Assembly (NCBI RefSeq): GCF_001194135.2
Contig: NC_068984.1
Location: 9,071,049-9,110,947, forward strand
Length of the DNA stretch: 39,899 bases
From: Octopus bimaculoides
Taxonomy: Eukaryota
Direction: 5' to 3'
Numbering within the stretch: the first letter of the stretch is position 1; every line of letters begins with the position of its first letter. Both the position numbers and the translations under genes were made by a program. Of the stretch, positions 10,204 to 22,024 are shown piece by piece. Below the pieces are notes generated by a model. It saw only the letters and a program-made list of their open reading frames with translations, did no database searches and was not told the origin of the DNA.

Positions 10204-10886
10204 ATTTTACTTCTCAAATTCCGGCTGATTGCTCCGCACCATTAAACTAAGCGACGTCAGTAAAATAGCAACTCATTCGGCGCTTCTAAGTTTGTTTGTC
10301 TATAGAATACGTAAAAATTTGCTTTTCAACTTTCTATATCAAAACGCCATATACTTTTTTTGTAAGGAAAAGTAGTAAATAACAATTNNNNNNNNNNNNN
10401 NNNNNNNNNNNNNNNNNNNNNNNNNNNNNNNNNNNNNNNNNNNNNNNNNNNNNNNNNNNNNNNNNNNNNNNNNNNNNNNNNNNNNNNNNNNNNNNNNNNN
10501 NNNNNNNNNNNNNNNNNNNNNNNNNNNNNNNNNNNNNNNNNNNNNNNNNNNNNNNNNNNNNNNNNNNNNNNNNNNNNNNNNNNNNNNNNNNNNNNNNNNN
10601 NNNNNNNNNNNNNNNNNNNNNNNNNNNNNNNNNNNNNNNNNNNNNNNNNNNNNNNNNNNNNNNNNNNNNNNNNNNNNNNNNNNNNNNNNNNNNNNNNNNN
10701 NNNNNNNNNNNNNNNNNNNNNNNNNNNNNNNNNNNNNNNNNNNNNNNNNNNNNNNNNNNNNNNNNNNNNNNNNNNNNNNNNNNNNNNNNNNNNNNNNNNN
10801 NNNNNNNNNNNNNNNNNNNNNNNNNNNNNNNNNNNNNNNNNNNNNNNNNNNNNNNNNNNNNNNNNNNNNNNNNNNNNNNNNNNNNN

Positions 10887-10925
<39 letters not shown>

Positions 10926-10930
<5 letters not shown>

Positions 10931-11140
10931 CAGGGTAGCTGTGTGGTAAGTAGATTGCTTTCCAACCACATGGTTCCGGGTTCAGTCCCACTGCATGACA
11001 CCTTGGGTGAGTGTCTTCTACTATAACCATGAGCCGACCAAAGCCTTCTGAGTGGATTTGGTAGACGGAAACAGAACGAAGTCCGTCGTATATACATATG
11101 TGTGTGTGTTTGTGTGTGTATGTATGTATGTGTGTGTGCG
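10926..11140 (+). mobile_element. SINE family C, 5' portion plus microsatellite
   Basis: gctgtgtggtaagtagattgctttccaaccacatggttccgggttcagtcccactg..ggatttggtagacggaaac. Confidence 0.9.
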
Positions 11141-11278
11141 CGCGCACATTATATACTTATATATATATAAAATTTAGATTCAAGGTGAATATGGTACTTA
11201 AGTTTAGGCACCAGAATTAAGTATGGTACTATCCATACAATTTCAAAATAAGGTGGTTAAAATCAAAATAAGCAACAA

Positions 11279-11756
11279 GGATATTCAAGGTTAATGCAGT
11301 ACGATCATTTCATGCGACTCCATTTAATCAAGCAATGTGAGCATTACATCAAATACAAAATGCAGAGCAATCCTTAGCTGCACAAAGATACAGAAATTTA
11401 CTGCAATTACATTTAAACAGAAGGACATATTTTTATAACTACATTTAAACTCTCCAAGTAGAAAGGAAGAATACAAAAAAACATTTTGACTTAGTCAGAC
11501 CATACAGGCTTCGAATTAATTCGAAGCCTGTATGGTCTGACTAAGTCAAAATGTTTTTTTGTATTCTTCCTTTCTACTTGGAGAGTTTAAATGTAGTTAT
11601 AAAAATATGTCCTTCTGTTTAAATGTAATTGCAGTAAATTTCTATATCTTTGTGCAGCTGAGGATTGCTCTGCATTTTGTATTTGATGTAATGTTCACAT
11701 TGCTTAAATAAATGAAGTCGCATGAAATGAGCGTACTGCATTAACTTTGGATATCC
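11279..11756. repeat. Spacerless palindrome, arms of at least 239 bp, centred between 11517 and 11518
   Basis: Apex ggcttcgaatt|aattcgaagcc. The inner 126 bp per arm are perfect and the outer 113 bp carry 9 substitutions with no indels. The right arm runs into the gap at 11757. Confidence 0.95.
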
Positions 11757-12006
11757 NNNNNNNNNNNNNNNNNNNNNNNNNNNNNNNNNNNNNNNNNNNN
11801 NNNNNNNNNNNNNNNNNNNNNNNNNNNNNNNNNNNNNNNNNNNNNNNNNNNNNNNNNNNNNNNNNNNNNNNNNNNNNNNNNNNNNNNNNNNNNNNNNNNN
11901 NNNNNNNNNNNNNNNNNNNNNNNNNNNNNNNNNNNNNNNNNNNNNNNNNNNNNNNNNNNNNNNNNNNNNNNNNNNNNNNNNNNNNNNNNNNNNNNNNNNN
12001 NNNNNN

Positions 12007-12040
<34 letters not shown>

Positions 12041-12069
12041 GTGTGTGTGTGTTTGTGTGTGCGTGCGTG

Positions 12070-12240
12070 TGTGCACATTATATATTTATATATAAACATA
12101 TTGTATCTGTATGTATGTGTATACATTATATACTTATATATATATATATATACATATTGTGTAAGTGTGTGTTTGTGTGTATGTGGGTGGATGTACATTA
12201 TATACTTATGTATATACATATTGTGTGTGTATATGTGCGT
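12070..12240. repeat. Compound minisatellite, unit cattatata(c/t)ttat(at)n..catattgt(gt)n, 3 copies; the same motif occurs at about 11146-11168
   Basis: Direct reading of the repeated unit. Confidence 0.75.
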
Positions 12241-12333
12241 GTGTGTTGAAATCTAGCCTTCCCGTCTCCACCCCGATCACATTTGGTCGCTCTTGCATTC
12301 TTTCCCGCTGACTTCCTTCTCCGCTGTTCTTAC

Positions 12334-12725
12334 ATTCTGTATAAGCATCATCCATTTAGCGTAAGCACAAGGAAATGCGATACGAGTTGAATTATAATAA
12401 TTATATGTCTTCTTTCCTGATATTACCCATGGTAGCAAAATAATTCTTCCCAGGGTACCCGTCATATAAGAAGGAACTCTAGTATTATCACTATTATTAT
12501 ATAATGGCTGCGTAGCTTCAATTATGTACATGTGCAAGGCTTCAAAATAGATATACACTATGGCATAATTGATGAATTCGGAATTAATAATCGTCTGCTG
12601 CAGCTTTTCACAGATCATTATTATAATAATTGAGGACCTGTAGCGGCTTTTTATTCTTACATTTCTAAAGTGTTGTAGTAAAGTTTGTGCGACAAGAAAA
12701 GTAATGAAATCCAAGCAAAGAGATT
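12334..12725 (-). CDS. Candidate 392-nt internal coding exon, possibly a secretin/adhesion-family 7TM fragment (TM2-TM5)
   Basis: Acceptor ttattttccgttttcacttag|AA at 12725 and donor CAGAAT|gtaaga at 12334. The frame is open from 12774 to 12280. The peptide has hydrophobic blocks plus FLVAQTLLQ, C..NY..EALHMY, WVISGKK..YYN and a downstream Cys. No homology search was run. Confidence 0.3.
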
Positions 12726-13329
12726 CTAAGTGAAAACGGAAAATAATCGATAAAATTGAAAACTGTCTACAAAGTCAAACGAAATTCCGAACTATGTTAA
12801 CTTTGCAAGCAATACTATAAATAATACGGAAATATATAAAGAAAATCAAAACTATGGTTTTAAAACAATGGTTGAGTACATAAAATGCATATTTAAAAGC
12901 AGATACCCGTAATTCAATGCAATACAGTTTTATTATTACCAAATATTTTCGCATAACAAACTATTTCCAATAACTGTTTTCACACAAAGGAACGTTTGTT
13001 TGTCTCTTCTTCCTTTGTTTTATCGATGTTCTATTTTGAAACCATTTCAAACGCAAAACTGCTGTTTATGGAAGCCATAATCACACCAAGCGGCTTTGAT
13101 TTTCATATAATTTCGTCTTCAAAACTTTCCTAGGTTTTCCTCGTTGTTCGAATATAAATCTGCACTTACTAACTTGTGTACTTGTTGCCTGTTTGTCTTC
13201 AGTGCAGTAAAATTCACGAAACTCAAAACTTCCTTCTTTAAACAGAATATTCCTGTAGATAATTCATTACGGAACTCTCTATTCTACGAAAACACAAAAA
13301 AAAGAACAAAAAAAAACAATTAAGTATTA

Positions 13330-13750
13330 TTCTTTTACTTGTTTCAGTCAGTTGATTGCGGCCACGCTGGTGCATCGCCTCTAGTCGAGCAAATCTTTAT
13401 AAGCCTAGTACTTGTTCTGTCGGTTTTTTTGCCGAACCGCTAAGTTACGGGGACGTAAACACACCAGCATCGGTTGTCAAGCGATATTGGGGAGGGACAA
13501 ATACAGACACACAAACGGTGGAATTTGAACTCAGAGCGTAACGGCAGACGAAATACCGCTAAGCATTTCACCCGGCGTACTAACGTTTCTGCCAGCCCGC
13601 CGCCTTTTTTGGAGAGTAGTGCCAGTCGATTACATCGACCCCAGTACGCAACTGGTACTTAATTTATCGACCCCGTAAGGATGAAAGGCAAAATCGACCT
13701 CGGCGGAATCTGAACTCAGAACGTGCTATCGTTTCTGCCACCTTGCCGCT
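13330..13750 (-). mobile_element. SINE cluster: family C 3' part (about 13330-13515) plus two partial family B copies (about 13519-13607 and 13608-13750)
   Basis: Reverse complement gives ttgacaaccgatgctggtgtgtttacgtccccgtaacttagcggttcggc (family C tail). ggaat(t/c)tgaactcaga occurs twice. Confidence 0.8.
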
Positions 13751-14076
13751 CTTTCACTATAAGTGTACTAAATGAAGAGTCGCTTGGGTCTGAACAGTAA
13801 CATGATAAAATATCCACCATACTCATTTTTCACGAGAACTCCACCCTCACTGAACCCGACAAAGTGAGATATATCAATACATTACATGACATTTATAGAC
13901 AACAAAATAACCTGTAACGGTTGAGAAATTCTAAATGTTTGCAACTACTAAATAAAATGTAATCAAATCAGCTGAAAATAGTTTCGGTTTCAAATCCACT
14001 GTGCAGCTTTGTGACTTTATCAGGTAGACGGAAACTGAAAGACGCCCGCCGCCTCCCTTCTCTCTCTCTCTCTCTG

Positions 14077-14117
<41 letters not shown>

Positions 14118-14122
14118 CTCTC

Positions 14123-14166
<44 letters not shown>

Positions 14167-14194
14167 CAGATGTGTGTGTTGCTGTCTCCTGGAC

Positions 14195-14430
14195 TTGACA
14201 TCCTATGATAGCTGTAAGCGAGTTGTCACCGTCATGCAAGCGTTGTCCTTCGTTTATAATCTTCCGTGAAAACATGTCTAATCTCGAGGAAATATTTCCT
14301 TACTTAGAGACAGGTGACCATCGGCGACAAGAAGGGAATCCGACTGTAGATTATTTGCATCGACATTATCCTCCTCGCCTATTCAAGAATAGAAAAGTGG
14401 ACTTTAATACGATGATGATGATGATGATGT
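14195..14430 (+). mobile_element. Degenerate SINE family E ending in (GAT)n
   Basis: caagaagggaatccgactgtaga and aaaagtggactttaatacgatgatgatgatg resemble 32000-32171. Confidence 0.6.
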
Positions 14431-15783
14431 GTTGCTAAATTATTTGTGATAAAATGGATTCATTTCTTATTACCCCCAATCCACCCCCTCTTAAATTGCT
14501 TCCAGATTAGAAGAGAGTTTTCTGATGAAAATTAGTCAACGAAACGTACGACGCAAGTTGTGTTCGTGTGAAATTAACTAAAAAAAAAAAAAAAAGGAAA
14601 GACATGGCATTTGCAGCAAATAATACCGTTTTAAGGTTTTACCAGTTGCAACATTATCGTGTGTTTTGCAGCTAAATCCTTAAAATAACTTTGGGTGCAG
14701 ATAAACGTTAGTTCCGAACTCTGGAAACACATGATTTTCATAATAATACTAACCTGTCAAAGATGGCATTATAATTCCTCGCAATATTTTTTATCTTCTA
14801 AATGTGATTGTGTATTTCTACATTTGTTTATTTCTGATGTCGACTGAATGTGTTTCACGGCGAGAAAATGTCATAGTGAGTTGAAAAACGTTCTTCTTGT
14901 TTGATGGATGGGTTTATTCTGCGCAAGTTGGCAAAGTAACAATTTAAAATATTACATTGACAACAGGTTCCCGATTTAAAATTGCAATCTCTCATTGCAA
15001 CAGATTGTATGATGTGAACATTCCAGTGAGAACAGCTGTATATAGCAGCTAAATTAATCGGATGCCAATATAGGAAGGAAACACGAGAAAGGAAGATTGA
15101 ATGCGAAGTTAATAATGAAAAGAGATGCGACGCTTCGAACGAAAGAAAGAAGTGACGAAGGAAAGAAAGATTTGAAATATAAATTAGAGATCTCACAATT
15201 TCCATTGCTACAACAAGCAATAGCAATCTTCTGACCATATTTCTCTCATGAATGCTATACACGTTCAAATGACTTTGAACATCGCTTATCTGAATTAATT
15301 ACATTCACACGCCACACATTCAAATACTTCCAATTTGAATATTTGCATTGTTATAAAATTATATTTTGTGTTGTCACATATTTTAAGTATTTCTAAACTG
15401 TTCGACGCACATTCTAATATTGAATAGTTTTGTATAAATGTTTGGCGCTGTGTAAGAAATAAAGCCGACGCGAGTCGTTCCCTAGAAACTCTATAACGTG
15501 AACGCTAATTCAATGGGTTCACATATATCTCTATCTAACGGAAAAATACATTCATTTATTTTTTCACTGGTTCTGTTCATTGCATTGCGGCAATGCTTAA
15601 GCAGACTTCAGTTATATCACCTCCAGTACTAAGTCTGAGAGTTGTTAAGCATTAATTATCGAATGGCTGATTTCACCAACTGCATTAGGCACATTTTTCA
15701 AGTTAGCCGACCATACAGATTAAATGCGACATAGATTTTACTCTTGTTTTGAAGTTTATACATGCACACGCACGCACACATGC

Positions 15784-15901
<118 letters not shown>

Positions 15902-16519
15902 TATATATACACACAAATTCCATATATATATATAATATTAATTGCTTTACGTTTAGCCAGTATTTAGGAATTGATGTGCATCCTTATACATCAAAGGAGA
16001 AGGCAGCGAAGTCCATTCGTGTATTATACTCAAAATTTCCTTTATATGGTTTCTAGAGTTAGAAAGAATATGGAGTACATTTACAAAAGGAAAGGAAAAA
16101 AAACACAGGCAGTCGGGTTTTTTAAACTATTTAATTATGACATCTTACACGTATTTCAGTGGAGATAAGGACCGAATTATGTAATCTGGTTGAGATAAGT
16201 TTTCTGAGCTAGTTGTTTTACAAAAAGAATCCAGTTACTTGATAACTTCGACTCAAGTACTACATCGATGCTTTTTTGTATCAATACAGAATGCGTGGAA
16301 AGCAAAGTAGACTTAACTGAGATTTGAACTAGAAAGACAATGCACTGGAATAAATAATACAAAGCACTTCGTTTGATCATAGCAAGTACACCAAGCAGCC
16401 AATTTCAAATCTAGTGAAATCTAGACTAAGAAAGTGAAATAATCCAAAAACTAATAACAGACGGATGCACTCACTGAACTCTCTGATATCTAATTCTAAT
16501 TATATCTTAATATTGTATT

Positions 16520-16830
16520 GTTGTTGTTTGTTTATTCCTTCTTGAGCCATACCTGGCTCATCAGGGCCGGTTTCCCAGTTTCATTGGCGTATAGGTTCCT
16601 CACCTGGAGAGGACGCCGGTCCGTTGCAGGTGAGTTACTAGATGTAGGAGGAAAGAGTGAGAGAAAGATGTGGCGAAAGAGTCAGCAGAAGTTCGCCGTT
16701 ATCTTCTGCCGGAGGCGCTTGGAGCTTAAGTGTATCGCTCATACGCACACACATCGCCCGGTCTGAGATTCGAACCCGCGATCCCTCAAATGTGACCCGC
16801 TGCTCTAACCACTAGGCCATGTGCCTCCAC
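16520..16830 (-). mobile_element. tRNA SINE with family A head/body and a different tail; 11-bp TSD
   Basis: Reverse complement gtggaggcacatggcctagtggttagagc..ggttcgaatctc..tttctctcactctt, with tail gaaactgggaaaccggccctgatgagcc..ggctc..(caa)n. Flanks aatattgtatt (16509-16519) and aatatcgtatt (16831-16841). Confidence 0.9.
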
Positions 16831-17159
16831 AATATCGTATTAATGACATGTTATATTTTCTACAGAATCATTCGAATGCAGGGGCAGTCAAATCGTCAAA
16901 CGTTAGTACAATATTAATTAGACTCAAGAGTATACGATTTTGTGTTTATTTTAGAATAGAGTTAAAGGGGTTTGCTTTGAAAGTAATGTAGTTCCGGGGT
17001 CAATCCCACTGTGCACCACAGTAACTGACCGTCATCGATCACAGTCTATCGTTGACCAAACATTTGGAGTGTAATTTGATAAGCGGAAAATGTACACAAG
17101 CCCGTTGCGTAAATAAAGACATACACACACATGGGTATCTTCACCATCATCATCATCAC

Positions 17160-17216
<57 letters not shown>

Positions 17217-17425
17217 CATATACATACCGTTTTGCTACGCTGTTATTATTGAAAGCCTCCTGTAATATGTAGCATTTGGTGGATAAGGGAGTTTGATGTC
17301 GCTACCCTCATTTTCACCTCCTGCCGTGAGGTAGGTTCATCTGGGACTCTCGAGAGGAAGAGGTCCAGTTTTGATTTGAAAACACCTACGTCCACTTTGT
17401 GTTGGTTTCTCAGGCTCTTTGGGAA

Positions 17426-17460
<35 letters not shown>

Positions 17461-17836
17461 NNNNNNNNNNNNNNNNNNNNNNNNNNNNNNNNNNNNNNNN
17501 NNNNNNNNNNNNNNNNNNNNNNNNNNNNNNNNNNNNNNNNNNNNNNNNNNNNNNNNNNNNNNNNNNNNNNNNNNNNNNNNNNNNNNNNNNNNNNNNNNNN
17601 NNNNNNNNNNNNNNNNNNNNNNNNNNNNNNNNNNNNNNNNNNNNNNNNNNNNNNNNNNNNNNNNNNNNNNNNNNNNNNNNNNNNNNNNNNNNNNNNNNNN
17701 NNNNNNNNNNNNNNNNNNNNNNNNNNNNNNNNNNNNNNNNNNNNNNNNNNNNNNNNNNNNNNNNNNNNNNNNNNNNNNNNNNNNNNNNNNNNNNNNNNNN
17801 NNNNNNNNNNNNNNNNNNNNNNNNNNNNNNNNNNNN

Positions 17837-17870
<34 letters not shown>

Positions 17871-17877
17871 TTGTTTG

Positions 17878-17912
<35 letters not shown>

Positions 17913-18117
17913 ATGTTCATCAACTCTTTTCCCAATTCCTGTGGCCAATAAATTTTTCTCATTAGTCAATAATCTATCGAAATATTGAAAATGTGAAACC
18001 TTGATTATAATCATAAATGTCCCGAAAAGATAATTTGGCTTCCATTTTTAAAAAAAAGCATGTATACAGTTTACGCTTGTATATTGCTTACTTCATTACA
18101 TAGTAACTGAGCATCAG

Positions 18118-18195
18118 CTATTTTTCGACCATATTTTTCACTTATTTTTCAACCATATATTTCAGTCATTTTTCAGCTATTTTCCAACCATACTA
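18118..18195. repeat. Degenerate 12-bp-period minisatellite (ctatttttcgac / catatttttcac ...)
   Basis: About six imperfect units read directly. Confidence 0.6.
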
Positions 18196-18862
18196 ATCAC
18201 TGCTACTCTCTATTTTGCCTATATCTATAACTCACTTAATTACGACACCATTTTATTTTAGTGCATACTTTTCACGACAGGCCTTATAGTTATCGATGCA
18301 CCCCTGTGGTGTAAAATAAGTCACTCTTTGGAAAAAAACAATCGTAAAATTGTTTGTGAGAGAAAGAAAGAGAAAAAGAGAGAGGGAGAAACAAAGACAG
18401 AGAGAGAGAGAGAGAAACAAAGACAGAGAGAGAGAAACAAAGACAGAGAGAGAGAGAAACAGAGACAGAGAGAAAGTCTTGAGGCGAACGGCGAAGCTGG
18501 AGTTAACAGGGAAATGAGGATTGTTAATCAAAGAAGGAAAAATATGAACGATAGTGGATAAGAATATTTTGCACAAGCTACAGACATAAAAAAACGAAAG
18601 CTAGAAGATTAAACAGAAGTAAAGACAATAGATATTAATTATTTCAGAGAAAATAATCAAAGAATTGCCTAGGGTATGACAAGATATTATTAGCGTATGG
18701 GATGCTTATATCTGGTACTGTACCACAAGAATGTCGTTGAATTTCTGAGGGTACTACTGGTAAACAAAAAAATATGGTTTTAAATTAATGTCAACGATAA
18801 ATATGTTTCTGCTTGTTTTCCTCAATTCTTCATTAACTTGTCTTTTTATTTTCTCTTCACAG

Positions 18863-18929
18863 AAACTGTCTTGGCTTCTACAAAGGCGGAATTATTTAAC
18901 ACGCTTATAAACAGACGATAAATTTGAAG
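18863..18929 (+). other. Candidate 67-nt spliced non-coding (UTR or lncRNA) exon
   Basis: Acceptor tctttttattttctcttcacag| and donor GAAG|gtatgt. Stops occur in all three frames and there is no ATG. Confidence 0.45.
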
Positions 18930-18996
18930 GTATGTTCTTTTACAAAACTATATTAGGTATAATTTTGTGATTGTGTGAATTTGTGTGCGTGCGTGC

Positions 18997-19042
<46 letters not shown>

Positions 19043-20574
19043 TCTCATTCATTAAATATTTAGTATTCAATGAGTGAAAATCCGTGTTGATGTGTTGGAA
19101 CTTTAATGTCGAACAGCATGTTATTTGTATTTACGTTGAGACACGAATTTATCATTTACGAGTTGATAATTTAGTAAACTTGTCTCAAACATCGACAAGT
19201 AACCTCGTTTCCAACGATAATATTTTTTCCAAGATATCGTGAGCAACACAGAAAGCAGCTTCCGGCAAATGGAATCCCCCATCCTGTTTTAATTCTGGCT
19301 AAAACGAATTCACTTCAAGTATATCATAAGGAAATAACATTTGGAAATTTTTGAATGAAATAAATATATCGACAATATTCTCAAATATTCCCTTGCATAT
19401 CTAAATAATTCGGATTTCAAACCATTCTATTTATTATTGTGTATTTTAGTTCTTTGATAACGAATATCTAAAGGAGAAACGCTCGTGGTAGAAATGTTCC
19501 AATGAGCGGAAATCCTGTCTTTTGAACAGCATTTCACATGATTTCTCTGCAATATAAAATGTGATGCAGCGAATGAAGTTTAAAATTTAGTTTTAAAACG
19601 AATACAGCTGATCTCCATAAAGAACATACTAACAGGATAGCGAATAAACTTGTAAGTGGATGCTCAAACTGGATAGAAATAGCAGCTAGTGTCCCTCAAT
19701 TCACACACACTGTTCGGCTTCATGATTTAAAGATTGAATCAGAGATTCAAGTTTTACTTAGACAGAAGCACCAAATGATCACGATAAAATGCTGTTTATC
19801 AACTGTATTTGATCCTGTCTAAGCTAGAGCTAAATTACGACATAGATTGGTATGAACAAAGGAATGTTATGTGTGAGAATAAGTTAATCCTTTAACTGCG
19901 AAATTAAACTCCATGCTTATTCCTGTAATGCGGTCAAATATCTACAAAAACATATACAGCCGGTATTTATACTAGTGAGGCTGACTCAGTAAACAAAATG
20001 TAGTTTTGAGTATCTCATTCGATAACAAAAGATAGACTGATATATAAAACAGCTTTCTGAGTTTAAATGTAATGATCTTCGAGTGAATATATCTGATTTC
20101 CGCAGTGAAAGGGGTACAGTATTTGGTAGCTTTTTATTTTAGCCGTCGTCGACGAGGTTGTCACTTAGACTGATTTAGATCTAAGATAGAATGCGTCCAA
20201 CCCCGATTATTATGTCTACTCATCAGGCATATTTCATCTAGATCTACATTATGCAGAGCTTCCTTCCTTTTGTAAGACAATAGTGGGGTAAATTGAGGGA
20301 TATTTAGTTGCTTTTTCTAGCTGAACTATGACCATTTATTTATTCTTTCCTTGGTTCCATAAGATAAGTCTTTACAGAGCGCCATTGACAGTTACATGTG
20401 GATGTCGGCCAGAAGCCATGACACCTCTTCCATAGTTTAGTCACATGTCATTTAAGCCATTTATGTTCTTCGGATATTTATGGCCATATTGCAATATCTC
20501 ATTTCGTATACTGTATAATGTCGGCGCCTGGAGTCTAGCTATAAAATATACTTGCACACACGTACATACAGAAA

Positions 20575-20636
20575 AAATTAAACAAACACACACCATATAT
20601 ATGCACGTGGGTGTATATATATACACATGCATACAT

Positions 20637-20686
<50 letters not shown>

Positions 20687-20720
20687 TAAACAAACACACA
20701 CCATATATATGCACGTGGGT
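20575..20720. repeat. Direct repeat of an identical 38-bp unit with 108-bp period, microsatellite-embedded and gap-adjacent
   Basis: aaattaaacaaacacacaccatatatatgcacgtgggt at 20575 and 20683. Confidence 0.85.
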
Positions 20721-21292
20721 ATATATATATATACATATATATATACATATANNNNNNNNNNNNNNNNNNNNNNNNNNNNNNNNNNNNNNNNNNNNNNNNN
20801 NNNNNNNNNNNNNNNNNNNNNNNNNNNNNNNNNNNNNNNNNNNNNNNNNNNNNNNNNNNNNNNNNNNNNNNNNNNNNNNNNNNNNNNNNNNNNNNNNNNN
20901 NNNNNNNNNNNNNNNNNNNNNNNNNNNNNNNNNNNNNNNNNNNNNNNNNNNNNNNNNNNNNNNNNNNNNNNNNNNNNNNNNNNNNNNNNNNNNNNNNNNN
21001 NNNNNNNNNNNNNNNNNNNNNNNNNNNNNNNNNNNNNNNNNNNNNNNNNNNNNNNNNNNNNNNNNNNNNNNNNNNNNNNNNNNNNNNNNNNNNNNNNNNN
21101 NNNNNNNNNNNNNNNNNNNNNNNNNNNNNNNNNNNNNNNNNNNNNNNNNNNNNNNNNNNNNNNNNNNNNNNNNNNNNNNNNNNNNNNNNNNNNNNNNNNN
21201 NNNNNNNNNNNNNNNNNNNNNNNNNNNNNNNNNNNNNNNNNNNNNNNNNNNNNNNNNNNNNNNNNNNNNNTATATATATATATATACAGAGC

Positions 21293-21310
21293 TAGATAGA
21301 TAGATAGATG

Positions 21311-21373
<63 letters not shown>
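21293..21373. repeat. (GATA)n tetranucleotide microsatellite
   Basis: Direct reading. Confidence 0.95.
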
Positions 21374-21374
<1 letters not shown>

Positions 21375-22024
21375 CCTTCCTACACACATACATTCTCAAT
21401 ATTCTCTGACACCAAATGCCATTCACAAAAGCATTGCTTCACCCAACAACGTAGTTTACAGGACTCTGGATTCGAACCGGAGAACCTAACCGAACAGCCA
21501 GCCACGCTAATGCAACTAATAGACATAAAATAAAATTGTGGGCGCAGACATGGTATGATGGAAAAGTCTAAGTTTCTTCGGAACCAGAAGAGTCTCGAGA
21601 TGGTTTTCCTTACATGGCATGTTCATCAAAAAACATTTTCTATTGCTCCGGATCAACTCATACATTCTGAATGAAATTGAATAATGGAAACTGTATAGAA
21701 GCCTGTCGAATGGATTTTACTTGTAATTCAAAAGGATGCAGCTTTGCCACAATGAATCGGCTTTAGGATTATGCTTAATGGCACATGTGTCTGTGGAATG
21801 CTCAGCAAGTTACACCTTAGTTCAGGAGGAGGTAATCCAGTTCTTCCAATAGCTGAACACTGAACATTAAATGCATAGAACCTTCTACACATACGAAAAT
21901 TTTGGCCGCGTAACGATGCACATGCTTTTCTCCAGACGATCTGCTTCTTCTTCTTACACTTCTCTGGACTTACCCTCTTTCCGACAAAGAGCCATGCTCG
22001 AAATATTTCTACTCCTATTTTTCC

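Noticed and set aside
15150-15185. gTGACGA-AGG..TTT-GAAA as a hammerhead (also ccgaaacgtac at about 4623 and ctgatgaat..gaaa at about 31139)
   Set aside because: C3 is absent or the stems do not form, so these are consistent with chance in purine-rich DNA.
14855-15268. 137-aa minus-strand ORF
   Set aside because: Much of it is the complement of a GA-rich low-complexity tract. No recognisable domain or convincing splice-site pair.
16535-16565. CTGATGA-GCC-aggtat-GGC on the minus strand as a hammerhead
   Set aside because: No GAAA follows the stem (TCAAGAAGG instead). It is better explained as the GAGCC/GGCTC stem-loop of a LINE-like SINE tail.
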